This document shows positions 12,932-25,689 of a stretch of 64,000 nt of DNA, piece by piece. The stretch's first letter is position 1. Each line of letters begins with the position of its first letter. The stretch lies in contig OX597832.1 of NCBI GenBank assembly GCA_951406725.2, positions 9,920,001 to 9,984,000 of the forward strand. Reading direction: 5' to 3'. Source of the stretch: Octopus vulgaris (taxonomy: Eukaryota). A model generated the notes under the pieces. The model had not been told where the DNA came from and did no database searches. It saw only the letters and a program-made list of their open reading frames with translations. The translations under genes were made by a program, and so were the position numbers.

Positions 12932-14269
12932 AATAATAATAAAAGGAGAAAAATGCATACATTTTACCTAGTTTTAATATATTTTAAATTAAAGAGTATT
13001 CTCTTTGTTTAACGGTTCCGCTGTCGCTAAACATCACATGGAAATTGTTGTCGTTTTGTATTTACTAAACAATATTTTAGTCAATGTTCTTTTATGAAAT
13101 ATTGTGATTAGAAGATCATTCACTAACTTTCATGTGAGAACATGGACTAAAATCTTGTTAAGGATATACAAATTTACAATAATTTTAATGTCATGATTAG
13201 CGAAAGCGAAACCGGTTGTTGTAGGTCCATAAATTGATAAATTCATATATGTATTTATGTAGTTATGCATACTGTTATACACAGACGCACCACCAAAAGA
13301 CACTGTATACACATATGTGTTGAACATTTGCCTTGTTTTAGAAATGTGTCGTTGTATATGCGTGTTTTTTTGTGTTTATGTAGGTTCGGCCTGGACTCAG
13401 TAAACACTGATTGGGAGGGTTGACATGTAGTAACTTATATAATTTTGGACTTACTTCCTTCGAAGATGCTGTCCAACAAAAAACACTGAAAAACACTGAA
13501 AAAATCTTTCAGCGCACTTAGTTAAAACTTTTCAATAATCGTATACAAACCGTAACATAATATTTTAAATGTTCGTGTTTATTATACATTACGATTCTTG
13601 TGAAGTATATTTTATATTTTCAAATATTTAAGTGCGCTTACGATGTTAAGTGTGAGAAGTAAAATCATGGATCACTGTGCAGCATAAATATCGCTTAATT
13701 ATTCCTCGTTGAAATTAATGTTTTTTGTTGTTGTAATAATTAATTTTAGTTGAATTACACCGTTTTAGATGTCCTGTATTTATATACACACCTGTACGCA
13801 TATATACGTATATACTTCCCTGAAAAAGCTTTTACAGGCACTTACATATATACCATTATGTGTATGTTTGTGCGTGCGCTTGTGTATGGATGTGAATATT
13901 TTCGTATGTTGAAAGAGAACAAGTTTTTCATTTAAACGTCACATTAAAATAGGATTATATCGAAATCGATATTTTTTCTTGCTTATGTAATTGCTTTGAT
14001 TTTTACATTCATTTATGTCCATTAGTCTATTAACCTGATGATCAGAGAATTTCACAATGTCATTTCATTCTTAAGTTGTTTTAATGCTGTGTAATCCTTA
14101 TATTTGCGATAAGTGACAAAGAGTCGTGCAAGAAATCGTAAGAAATCGTATGAGCTAAATTTCTCAAAACAAGATTACATGTTATATCGGTAAACATTTG
14201 GAGACTTCTTGACAGCATAATATATATTCTTAGTTATCTTTTTTCACTTACAGTGTATCTTATATTATT

Positions 14270-14990
14270 ATAAAAGCGTCCATACTTTTCCTTCGATAAC
14301 TTGTGGAAACGATACGCCAAACTTTGTTGCTGTAATCTCATTTATTACATTTCCAGAATGTAGTCTACAAGAGTGGAAAGGAAACCTGAAGTAGATGAAA
14401 GCCGAAATTTCAACACTAATTTTAACGACTAATTCCTGCGTTTTCCTCCAAGGAATACTTTCTATACACATTCAATAAATCATCTAGAATTTAAATTCCT
14501 GAGAACTGAACATCGATGGGCGCCGTATAAAGCACTTTATCAACCAAAGTTTTGTAGATACTAAGGACTTGTTTATTCAGGCCCACTTTCCCAGTAAACT
14601 TTCTAGTAATATGAATAATTTTCTAATACAACCTAGGAAGGAAGTTCCTCCTCAGATTTATTGTCAAATTGTTATTTCTTTTCGCTCATTTCTGTTTAAA
14701 TCATGCAAAGTACCAAGGCGATGAAAGTATTCACATGTTTTTCTATGTGATTAAATCCCTTCTACACTGGAGATATGTTTGTAGAATGTGAAGGAGGGCG
14801 ACGATTCGTCTTATGATTCCACAAATATTCTGTTATCTACCATTTACCTTAATAGATTTTCAACATATGAGACATCTTTACTGGAAACAAAGTCTCTTCA
14901 GAAAGCGACCTCGTGTTAATTGCCATCTCATAATTCTTGTATATATTTATCATTACTTTTCATTTAAAAAAAGCTTGTATTTTTATATCC
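14270..14990 (-). mobile_element. Highly decayed PLE remnant (RT thumb/linker)
   Basis: Minus-strand fragments EEELP(FL), LIKCFIRRPSMFSS and YFRFPFHS resemble the PLE RT C-terminus and linker. A CTGAAGA-GAC...GTC..CATATG motif at about 14855-14905 looks like a broken hammerhead. Confidence 0.4.
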
Positions 14991-14993
14991 GAT

Positions 14994-15058
<65 letters not shown>
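14994..15058. repeat. (CTA)n trinucleotide repeat
   Basis: Direct reading. Confidence 0.97.
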
Positions 15059-15499
15059 TGTTACTTCATATCAATTTAGCAGGTATTTTATCTTGACATT
15101 TAGTCCCATCCGTCATTACAGGAATAACTGTTGTCTCGCTCGTCCACACTTTTCTCAGTTTTCTGGTTAGATCATGGATTTTTTCGAAGTTTTCAATTCC
15201 TTCAGTGTCGATTCTGCTAACACGGTTTTCTTCTCTATATTGTCCTCAACGACAGACATTATAGCTTCAGTAGTCATTATGGGGAAATTGAACAAGAACT
15301 TGCAATTCTCAGTTTCCATCATCATCATCTCTGGTCCCTCGTCTGTGTTCATACAACGTTCTGCTGATTTGAAGCTACTCAGTCTGGTAATATCCCAGTA
15401 CACTCGTTTGCCTATTCAGTCAAGCCTGGTTTTTTACTCTTTCTGTGATAATACACAGCATTCACTCTAAATGATATTCATCAATTAGCCACTTTTCCT

Positions 15500-15900
15500 G
15501 CAGATTCAGGGTTTACCGTCTAACTGAGTTTGTCAACCATTTCTTTACCATTGTTCTTCCAAGCCCTTGTACTTGGGCGGTTATAATTTGCGTTTCTTTC
15601 TCTCGTTCAAGTTAACACCCATTTCCATTTGCTCGGTCTTTTCGAGATTTTCTGTTTAAATTGCTTTACTCCCTTTAACATAGCTTATCACACTCAGTAT
15701 CACATTATTAACATTGTCTTCTGCATTTAGTGATGGTCTTCCAACTTCCTTTGTTACTAGGTAGAGTTCGTGATTCTTGCTCTTAGGATGGCGTTGGTTG
15801 GGCATTTTTAGAAGTCTTCTAGTTCTTCACACCATGTTTTATAACTCTACTAGCATCTATTTCAGGTAATTTACCTATGTGTTTCTGATTTCAATGCTCT
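15500..15900 (-). mobile_element. Decayed R4/Dong-type (RLE) non-LTR retrotransposon RT C-terminal remnant
   Basis: Minus strand reads TRRLLKMPNQRHPKSKNHELYLVTKEVGRPSLNAEDNV, matching the TRKLL..HPKS...LYL.RKEGGRGL..EDCV pattern of this clade. Confidence 0.65.
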
Positions 15901-16058
15901 TCCCACCATTTCCCACCATTTCTCCTTTTGTGCACTTTAGACATTTTCTCTGTCATTTCTCCTTCCGTTATCCTAAAGATAATACCTACATACATATTTA
16001 CATAGATATATACATACATGTATACGTACGTACATATATATATACATACACATATATA

Positions 16059-16112
<54 letters not shown>

Positions 16113-16619
16113 CAATATTGGTTCAACAGCGATCTAAAGATGTCTTCTGATACTTGTAAGCTACCACTGTTTACCTTCTGGCTTTACTTCCTAACTTGGT
16201 GTTATTATTATTAGTATTATGTTGTGTTTTTAGTTTTGTGGTGTGATGATGTTAGCTGTAAGTGGTGGATGTTATTTCTCCGTAGGTTTCGATCAGTTTC
16301 TTTGAAACTCTGTGTTTCATGTCTCAAGTAGATTTGGATGTTTTCACTAAAACGAAGCACCAGGAAACATCGTTATTGCACTATACTACAGAAAACTAAT
16401 GGTCTCAATTTGGTAGATGGTGAGTAATTTTATAAGTAGTTTGAGAGGGAAGAAGAAACGAAGCAACTGTTAGAAAATGATAAATAGCGACAAAGAAACT
16501 AACTAGAGAAATAGAGAAACAAATGAAGAAAATAAAGTCAAAATACAGTATAAAAGAGAAAATGTGTGATACAAGGATGTTAATACGGTTGCAAAATATC
16601 ACAATGGCAAAATGTATTT

Positions 16620-17090
16620 CCCTTTACTCTTTTATTTGTTTCAGTCATTTGACTGCGGCCATGCTGGAGCTCCACCCTTAGTCGAAGAAATCGAACGCAG
16701 TATATATTCTTTCGAAGCTCAATACTTATTCCATCGGTCACTTTCGCCGAACCACTAGTTTACGGGGACGAAAACATACCAGCATCGGTGGTAAAGCGAT
16801 GGAGATGGGGACAGACATTGACACACAAATACACACACACACACGCGCACACACATATATTTATCTATCTATCTATCAATCTATATATATATGTATGTAT
16901 GTGTGTGTGTTTATGTGTGTGTGTGCAACATGCTTCATTCAATTCCCGTCTACCAAATCCAGTCAGAAGGCTTTGGTCAGTCCGAGTCTATAGAAGACAA
17001 CACTTGCTCAGGTTGTCACGTAGTGAGGCTGAACCCGGAACTACGTGGTTGGAAATCAAGAAATTTACCACACAGCCATACATGCGCCTG
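16620..17090 (-). mobile_element. tRNA-derived SINE with internal (CA/TA)n, full length
   Basis: Head AGGCGCATGTATGGCTGTGTGGTAA, B box GGGTTCAG, body CTGAGCAAGTGT, tail CCAGCATGGCCGCAGTCAAATGACTGAAACAAATAAAAGAG. Related copies at 4090-4150, 30220-30510, 57425-57530 and 63980-64000. Confidence 0.85.
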
Positions 17091-17372
17091 TATGTTGGAA
17101 TTAATGTCAAGTTGTATTTATGGTAATTTATTCTAAGATTTATCGTTTATCATAACTGATAACATAATTATATAATGAATTTCCTTAACCATTATAATGT
17201 ACCCAAGATGGAGAATGATAACACAAATGGAAGTCTACAAGACGGTGCTGAATCGTTCGTCGTTTAACAGGTATCGCTGAAGGCTTTCTTGGAGACCCAA
17301 CATTCCGAGCTCTTTAACGGGCGATAAGTGTGCCAATCTGAGAGGATAATATGATAAATAATACCATAATTA

Positions 17373-17775
17373 CTTACTTGTACTTGTGGCGACATTCACC
17401 CTAGGTGGGTTGAGTCGGTTTCTTCCACCAACCTCGAGGCATCTCGAACAATAGCGGTGGAAGAAGTTTCCTGGGAATTTGAATTTCACAAGCGGTCCCC
17501 AACAACACCGCATGTAGAGACATCCTGTTTACCGCAGATTGTTCGCAGACGCCGGGACAGAACGACCGAGGAGCCGCCGGCTGCCGAAACAGACAATCCG
17601 AGGATTTTCACCAAAGCCGGTTGTCTGCCGGTTTGTGGCCCTAATACAACTCGGTGTCAGACCAATCCGCCTTGGGTGGTTCTACCAGGAACCGAAGTTC
17701 CCGACGGCATAGCTCTGACACTACCTGTTGCCAGCGTCCTCACCAAGGTGAGGAGGGGATGGATTTTGGAGACGC
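17373..17775 (-). mobile_element. Non-autonomous bipartite RTE derivative (5-prime UTR fused to 3-prime end)
   Basis: RTE/BovB-like 5-prime motif CCTCACCTTGGTGAGG...GAGCTATGCCG...CCACCCAAGGCGGA..GGTC, 3-prime tail CAAGTACAAGTAAGT, and 13-bp TSD AATA(C/T)CATAATTA at 17360-17372 and 17776-17788. Confidence 0.8.
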
Positions 17776-17878
17776 AATATCATAATTAACTGATCCTGTC
17801 GTATTCTTTTTCACCAAAAGCCCACAACGTTTCAGCGCCCCTGGTAGTAATCGTTAATCTAGTTCTACATAGAAGATA

Positions 17879-17931
<53 letters not shown>

Positions 17932-17944
17932 CACACACACACAT

Positions 17945-17993
<49 letters not shown>

Positions 17994-19224
17994 CATGTGA
18001 ATATATATATGTATATGTATATAGATATGCGTATGTGTATATACATTTCCATATATATATATATATATATGTGTATACACACACACAAACGTATATTTCT
18101 ATATATTCATATCTACATGCTCACACCATTATATAAGTGTGTGAGGACATACACAAACATACACGCACATATATACATACATTCAATCATATCTATATGT
18201 GTGTGTATGTACATACCCTGTGTAGGGTACATATATACATATAACCCTGTGTAAACTTGAGTATATGTTTGCGTGCGTACAAAAACTGGAAGTAGGTATA
18301 TGGAGAGAGAAAGCATGTATTACTTTAATCAGTATAAATTGAACACAAATAACGATTCTACTGAAGGTCTACCTTTCACAAATCTCCACAGAAATGCACT
18401 AGATGATGTAACCTCTTAACCTAATTGGGTACATTTCACTGAAAGTCGAATGAACGGATCGTATATTGAAATCTTTTGTTGTCATTGGTGGAAGAAATGA
18501 TGTTAAAAGGTCAATTATTGATTTAAACTTTCTGAATGAACAATATGGTTTGACGCCAAGTATTTCATTTCCTGAATTTCTGATGTTGCCAGATAGGAGG
18601 TAATCATACAACAAATATTGTTGCACCACGATATTTTGAAGTATACATTCGTTCTTAGAAATATAACTGCAAGTTCTTGGAATATACTAGTCAGAGAGCC
18701 GAAGTAATTCATATGAATATATGTCATACAACTTTCCTCAGAATAATCCTATATGTGTGTACAGTGTTTTTATGCAGTTGTATCGTTAACTATTTTAAAC
18801 TTTCTTTGATACTCAAATTGAAACGTTTCTATAAATAGGCAAGCCAGCATAATTAAAACATTATTGTGTAGAGTATATATATTTAGAACTGCATGCGTAA
18901 GCAGAGATGCCATCGCATATTTGGTAATATTGAAGAGATTTCTAAGGTAGTATCTAGTCCTAGTCGCTAGTTCTACGTGAAAAGTCTCATTATCTTTACT
19001 TCTGAACATCCTAAACTCTAAGACTTCGCAATATATTTTACATGACTTGTTGTCATATCACTATGGAGTAACTAGAGAAACAATCGTATTCCAAGGACAG
19101 ATGAGAGTTGTACGATATGTGTCACATGGTTAGCAAAATCCAGCATGCTGAATGACGCTAAATAATTGTATCTTCTATTTCACATATAAACATGTTCTCT
19201 TACGTGAATGCATGTATGTGTGTA

Positions 19225-19267
<43 letters not shown>

Positions 19268-19269
<2 letters not shown>

Positions 19270-19540
19270 CAAACACACTTTCCTAGATTACGGAGACGAT
19301 GCCCCTTCATTCACAGTTTTCACACGCACTATATATTCGTTGTTCACCCGTTTATTACTGTTCCCGTTGTAACTCATGTCCATTGCCCAGAAATCTTTCA
19401 TCATACATCTCTGACCACTTCAGCGACATTTTCCGTCTTCGTGCATGCTCTGAAGAGACCAGCGATGTTGACGAAGGATTACCGACCAATGCACACGAGT
19501 GACAAATAAGAGCAGCAATAAACAAGTGCAGAACGAATAT
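19268..19540 (+). mobile_element. Probable PLE 3-prime terminal fragment with a decayed hammerhead
   Basis: Follows (TA)n. GTGCAT..CTGAAGA(19450-19456)-GACCAGC GAT GTTGAC-GAAG..ATGCAC keeps stem I and part of stem II. Confidence 0.45.
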
Positions 19541-19659
19541 ATAGTACGTGTGTGTTTATTACCATCCCGTAATACAAGAATTTCTATTTTAACATACTGA
19601 TTCACATTAGAAATCTTGCGAAACAAATTCATAAATCTATCTGTATATATACACTTACT

Positions 19660-20030
19660 AGACTACCCATGATCCGTTGGGTCAACTGGAAAGCCTGATT
19701 TTCTAGGCAATGTAGTTTTGTTTCGTGGGTTTGTTATCCTTTTCCAGGATATCACACATGCTTTCAACGAAAGTGATATCGAAATCGTGCGTAAACGGTA
19801 CTTAGTGGCTGTATTTCTTGCACGCACTGATATCACGTAAAAGGTATTTCGGGTACTATATCGCAAATAGCTTTTACGAGGTAGCAGGGCATGCTAGAAA
19901 TAGCAACTAAATCTTTGGAGCTGAGATACTTTGAATAAACACAAAAACAATTTTGTAGTGGTATTACAGTGGAGCGAACATTCGCTTGGCCTCTTAAAAC
20001 TGTTGCTTTGAGTCTCAGAACTGTCATCCA
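19660..20030 (+). mobile_element. Possible PIF/Harbinger transposase relic
   Basis: Scattered motifs THD, KRYLV and VERTFAW in the expected order but in broken frames. Confidence 0.3.
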
Positions 20031-21288
20031 GCTCAGCTGGTTTCGTTCGTCAATTTCCGTAATTTCTTTATTTATGTATGTATGCATGTATTTCTTTATT
20101 TATATTTGTTTGAAAGTGAAAGAGACGAGAAAATAAAAGATGTATGAATATATATATGAAATGGCATTGTGTGTGTATGTGTTTGTGCGTGAGAGAGAAG
20201 GAGGAGAGTACCACTTAAACATACATGAGAACACGCACGTTCACTCAACACACTCCCTATCCTTTTCTCTCTCTCTCTCTCTCACATACACATACATGCA
20301 CACGTTTGTATAAAATTGATGTACGATGTACGCACATGTATTGATGTATGTACACATGCATGACAACACACCCCTTCACACTCACTCCCTCCCTCTCTCT
20401 CTCTTTCACACATACACATCTATTTCATATACACGTATATCTTTTACTTTCTGCTCTCTTTCATATTAAAGCGAAAGTAAATAAATAAATAAAATATTAC
20501 ACAAAGTAACGAACTCCAGATGACAGGCGAAGGCTCGTAATTCACTTGAAAATAATTAAGAAAAAAAAGATTAAAATATTCTCTATTCAAAGTAAGCTAA
20601 AATATAAAATCTTACAGTACAAACAACTTACATTTTTGAAATCACATTTAGTTAAAATATTTTTAAATAATTAAACTATTGTATACGCCAAAATGTCTAC
20701 GACTTTCATTTTCTTAGAGAGCAGAACCTCCTGTGTGCATATGCCATGATAAAGGATGCGTGTTTTGTTAGGTGACGCCATGATATTCAGTATATGTGTG
20801 TGTATTCTGTATGTATGTATGTGTGTTTATGTCAATAAATTACAAACATAAATTCTGTTTAACCATTTTCATTATTAAATAGAGGTTCAAATATTACAAA
20901 AAATTATATTGCACTGGCGAAGGTAAGTATTAAAATATGCAACAAAACATTAAGATGAAATATATTATTTCTGAGATATTTCGGTTACAGACAAACATCT
21001 CTAGAATTTTAGTATTATTAAGATTATATGTATAATATTGTGGGTCGGGAGAGTCATTCAGTTTTAAAGCATTTTTAAGTAATACACTGATTGGTTTAAT
21101 TTCCACTCATTTACTTAATTATTTAATTAGTTTTTCTAAAATTTTCATCGTTTCTTTCAATCTCTTAAATAGTTGTTGATTCTATTGGTTATCGGAGCAG
21201 CGTACTTTTTGCTTGTTCATGCGCATATGTATGCGTCAGTGTGAATGGGTATACACATATGTATGCATGTATGTATGCTTGTGTAATC

Positions 21289-21337
<49 letters not shown>

Positions 21338-22617
21338 CATGTCTATACGTTTGTATGTATGTATTCTGCATGTTCATGTGTTGTTTATATTTCTGTTTGT
21401 ATGTGTGTGTGTTTGTCTGAGTGCGTCTGTCCCCCTATGTGTCGATGTGTGTGTGTGTGCGTGTGTGTGTGGAGTGTGCGTACATGTATATAGTCATGTG
21501 TTTCCCTCACGTTTTTTGTATGTATGTTTGTGTGCTTCTCTGTTCGTATTACCTATGTAACTATCTATCTGTTTGCCTGGATATCAATGTATCTACCTAT
21601 ATATAGAAATACGCCTGCATATAAAAAATCTACTAAAAATCTACCTGTGTATTTATAAAAAGTGGGTATTGAGGTATCTACCTTCTACGTGTATCTCGTA
21701 TTTAGTAAGGGGTATGTTTCATTTATAAAGAGGTACACTTGTATTTATCTGAGTGTTGGGTCATTCGGGTGCTTGGAAAAAATAAGGATATCAACATGAC
21801 CCAACGTGCCTTTGGTCTTTGACATTTTGGTAGAGTATGGATGACTAGTTTTGGTCGTCATATTGTGTCAAAAATATGTTTAAAATCTCCGTAATGCTTG
21901 TAGATATCTCAGTGATGTATGCCATGTTATTGTCTTTACAATCTCCATCTATGTACCTTCTGTTGTAGTCTACATTTCTATTTCTACAGTTAATGCCAGG
22001 TTTAATCTTTTATGTCATATCTGAGTGTCGGGTCCGTCAGGTGCTTGGATAAAATAAGGATGCCAAGTCGACTCAAGGATGCAATTCTCATTGGCGTATG
22101 TGACATTCTCAAAGAGATACGGCCTACATAAATGTGACCTGCGGGAGCTCTCTGGCTTTTCAACGATCTTAATATTTTGGTGCTCTTCAGAGCTTCCCTA
22201 AATTTTCGGGCTGGTTTTCCTTGATATTTATCGGTCCTGTACCATGTTTCCACCGCTGGCTTTATCACAAACCCTCTGTATCCTATACTAGTCTTGAAAA
22301 TACCACATGCACCAGTTTGAACCGCATTGCATGTAAGATTAATCCTAACATTCACTTAGAGGATGCTTCTAAAGACAAGAACATGACACGCATTTGTGAG
22401 ATATCTTGAAGCATTGCGGAGTGTCATTCACTATTTACAAACAGAAAGCTCATGTTCTATTTGATCTGAGAGGAGAGACAACCTCTCCACGGCAACCGAG
22501 GTGCGTTAGATCTGCATTCTAATTTTGTATGTATGTATATATATATATATTTGCGTATGTAAATATGTATCTCTCCTCCTCTTTCTCATTCTGTCTGTCC
22601 TCTCTCTCTCTCTACCC

Positions 22618-22665
22618 AGGTATCGGTTAACCGAATTATCCATAATAAGATAATTCATTCAACTA

Positions 22666-22731
<66 letters not shown>

Positions 22732-22779
22732 TAGTTGAATGAATTATCTTATTATGGATAATTCGGTTAACCGATACCT
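22618..22779. repeat. Perfect inverted repeat (52-bp arms) around a (TA)n centre, nested within outer inverted arms
   Basis: 22618-22669 is the reverse complement of 22728-22779. Outer arms 22549-22613 vs about 22880-22937. Confidence 0.95.
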
Positions 22780-22818
22780 TTTGAATAATCTGTAAAAATA
22801 AAATTCATCTTTCTATTT

Positions 22819-22893
<75 letters not shown>

Positions 22894-23220
22894 AGACAGA
22901 ATGAGAAAGAGGAGGAGAGATATTTACATACGCAAATGTATTTGGGTATTAATGTGGGTGTATACACTTATGTATGCAGATCTAGAAAAATATATATATA
23001 ATATATAATTGCAGTACTTGATAGTTTTCGGCAATGTCAATCTTGATGAGTACTTTTTTTACCCTGCTTATTTCCATATCTATGTACATATATTACAATC
23101 AGACGTACGCATTTCATTAGCTATAATGATTAATTTATGTTTCACACACATACACACCCATGCACACTCACACATACATACACACACACATACACACACA
23201 CATAGATATATATATATATA

Positions 23221-23555
23221 TAAGTAGTTGAATGAAATATCTTATTATGGATAATTCGGTTAACCGATACCTGGGTAGCAAATTCACGTCAGAAAAACAC
23301 GGTTGAAGCTCCATGCCAAGGGCAGAGATCACGTGCTTTCGTGTGGAAATTTGTGTTTTTTTTTTATGGGCTCCGTGTGGGCAGTGATCTAAAAGTTTTT
23401 GTGCATCTTGATGCTGACGTAAGTTCCTTCTTTTTCCTGATGAGAAGGCGGCATAATGCACCCCTTATTCCTTCGAAATTAGGTATATGCAGCCTTCGAA
23501 ACATATGTCGAGAATAAAGGAATTTTGTTAATTCGTCGTTCAACTCCATTCTTTC

Positions 23556-23560
<5 letters not shown>
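23221..23560 (+). mobile_element. ~340-bp hammerhead-bearing unit embedded in (TA)n (PLE terminal repeat or retrozyme-like)
   Basis: (TA)n on both sides, non-coding, contains the HHR at 23421-23525. Confidence 0.7.
23421..23525 (+). ncRNA. Type I hammerhead ribozyme
   Basis: Stem I 23421-23436/23510-23525 (14 of 16 pairs), core CTGATGA 23437-23443, stem II GAAGGC-G-GCATA/TATGC-A-GCCTTC, GAAA 23498-23501, palindromic helix III ACATATGT, GTC cleavage triplet 23507-23509. Confidence 0.92.
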
Positions 23561-23605
<45 letters not shown>

Positions 23606-24005
23606 ACATCACAATCAAGGAACGGCCATAATAGGCCATTCACCCACTAGAAATAACAGCCAAAGCTTCAACCGCAAAACAACATTAATTCCGCAAACCA
23701 GGAGAAAATTAAAAAAAACATTTACCCTGTAGTTTCTTATACGATGCACCGTTTCATCTATTGTTTAATGGTAAACTAACCTGATTAAATTAAATCAAGC
23801 TAATCTTCCATAGGCCGATAGATTCGTCAGTAAGAACAGCCAGATCGGAGCAGATATTTGCACGAGGCACTTCTATCCCTGCCTCGGCAATATCTGACCT
23901 AAAATTTTCAAATCATCGCACTCGCGCCAAATTTATCGGCAGCAAATATAAGCCGCCGATTCCATTACGGAACTAACCAGAAAATTTTTGCCACCCTATA
24001 TTGAA

Positions 24006-24056
<51 letters not shown>

Positions 24057-24817
24057 TTAGGCTTATATGTTTTTTTCCACAGAGCGAGAAAGTAAATCCT
24101 GAATCAACTACAAATAACCCAATTATACAATAGTGTATGGAAGCTCTGATTCATAAATACGATCAGATACATTTGTAAATAATCCCTCCCCTAAGTAATA
24201 AATTTCTGAAAATATTTCCTCTAATTGAATTCATTTAGAACAAAGAACAGTAAGAATTCTGGATAGAGCAATATACAAATATATTCCAGCTTAATGAAAT
24301 GGTATAATAAAACAGTTGATTTTTTTGTAATTATTCTGATAATCTCTAATTCCTGTCCTTGAATTCATAAAGCTTTCGCTTCCATTTTACTGACGTAATA
24401 AATACCTGAATATCTTTCCCCGAACACGTTGGTGTGTTTTGTATACTTTAATCTTTAATGAATTAATTAGATTATGGATCTTCAATACAAATATCCTCAT
24501 ACAGTAAAAAAAATATATTATTACAGCGTTAGCACTGTCATTGAAGGTTTCCTCATCAAATCTGTCATCATTAGAACACATCTTTCATTTGTATCATTGC
24601 TTAAATTTTTAGTCACCACTGCAAGACCTCAGTATTTATTGCAGTAGCTTTGGGAAGCTGACCATTATGATGAGCATGAGCGAGGTGACGATGTTATCGT
24701 CGAGGAAGATAACGATGGCTATTTTAATATGCTTCATAGTTTAAGTTACTTCCTTTGCCGCTGCGGCTACTGCCGCCGCCACTGCTACTGATGCTAGCAA
24801 GACTGCTGCTGTTGAAA

Positions 24818-24861
24818 TCTTCTTCTTCTTCTTTTTCTTCTTCTTCTTATTATTATTGTTA

Positions 24862-24906
<45 letters not shown>

Positions 24907-25104
24907 GTCTTCTTCTTCTTCCCGTTCTTCCCCCTCTTCTTCTTCTTCTTCCCGTTTTTCCCCCTCTTCTCCTTCTTCTTCTTCTTCTTCTTCTCCTTTT
25001 TTCCTCACCTTCTTCTCCTTCTTCTTCTCCTCCTTCTTCTTCTTCCCCTTCTTTTCCTTCTTCTTCTTCTTCCCCTTCTTCGTATTCTTCTTCTTCTTCT
25101 TCTT

Positions 25105-25135
<31 letters not shown>

Positions 25136-25430
25136 TTCACCTTCTTCTTCACCTTCTTCTTCTTCTTCTTCTTCTTCTTCTTCTACTACACCTTCTTTCC
25201 CTTTCTTCTTCTTCTACTTCTTTCCTCTTCTACTTCTTTCTACTTTTTCTTCTTCTCTTTCTTCTTCCTCTTCTTCTTATTCGTCTTCTTCGTTTTATTC
25301 TTCTTCTTCTTCTTCTTCTTCTGCTTCTTCTTCTTCGTTTTCTTCTTCTTCTTCCCCTTATTCTTCTTCTTCTTCTTCTTCTTCTTCCCCTTCTTCTTCT
25401 TTCTCTTCTTCTTCTTCTTCTTCTTCTTCC
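24818..25430. repeat. Compound (TTC)n/(TAT)n triplet repeat
   Basis: Direct reading. Confidence 0.97.
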
Positions 25431-25689
25431 AATCAGGACTCACGCCATAAGCCCCAAAGAATAATCTTTAGTTCAAGCCTACTCTAAGCTAATAAGAATG
25501 CGTGTGGGAACTTGAAGATACACTCACCACACGCAATAGACTGGCGATTGCACGGGTGCGAAAGCTACGTTCTTATTCTCATACCGTAAACGGTGGGTTT
25601 TAAAGGGTGGGGAGCTGAACCATACAGATGATTCGCAATCTAGAAGGTTCTGAATGTTTACCAGAACCTTTATTCCTCTTGTTTGTGGC

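Noticed and set aside
17457-17789. 110-aa GC-rich plus-strand ORF
   Set aside because: Antisense to the RTE-derived element and has no recognisable domain.
22002-22355. 117-aa minus-strand ORF containing GHIYVGR
   Set aside because: A single short GIY-YIG-like word without the rest of the motif; cannot be supported.
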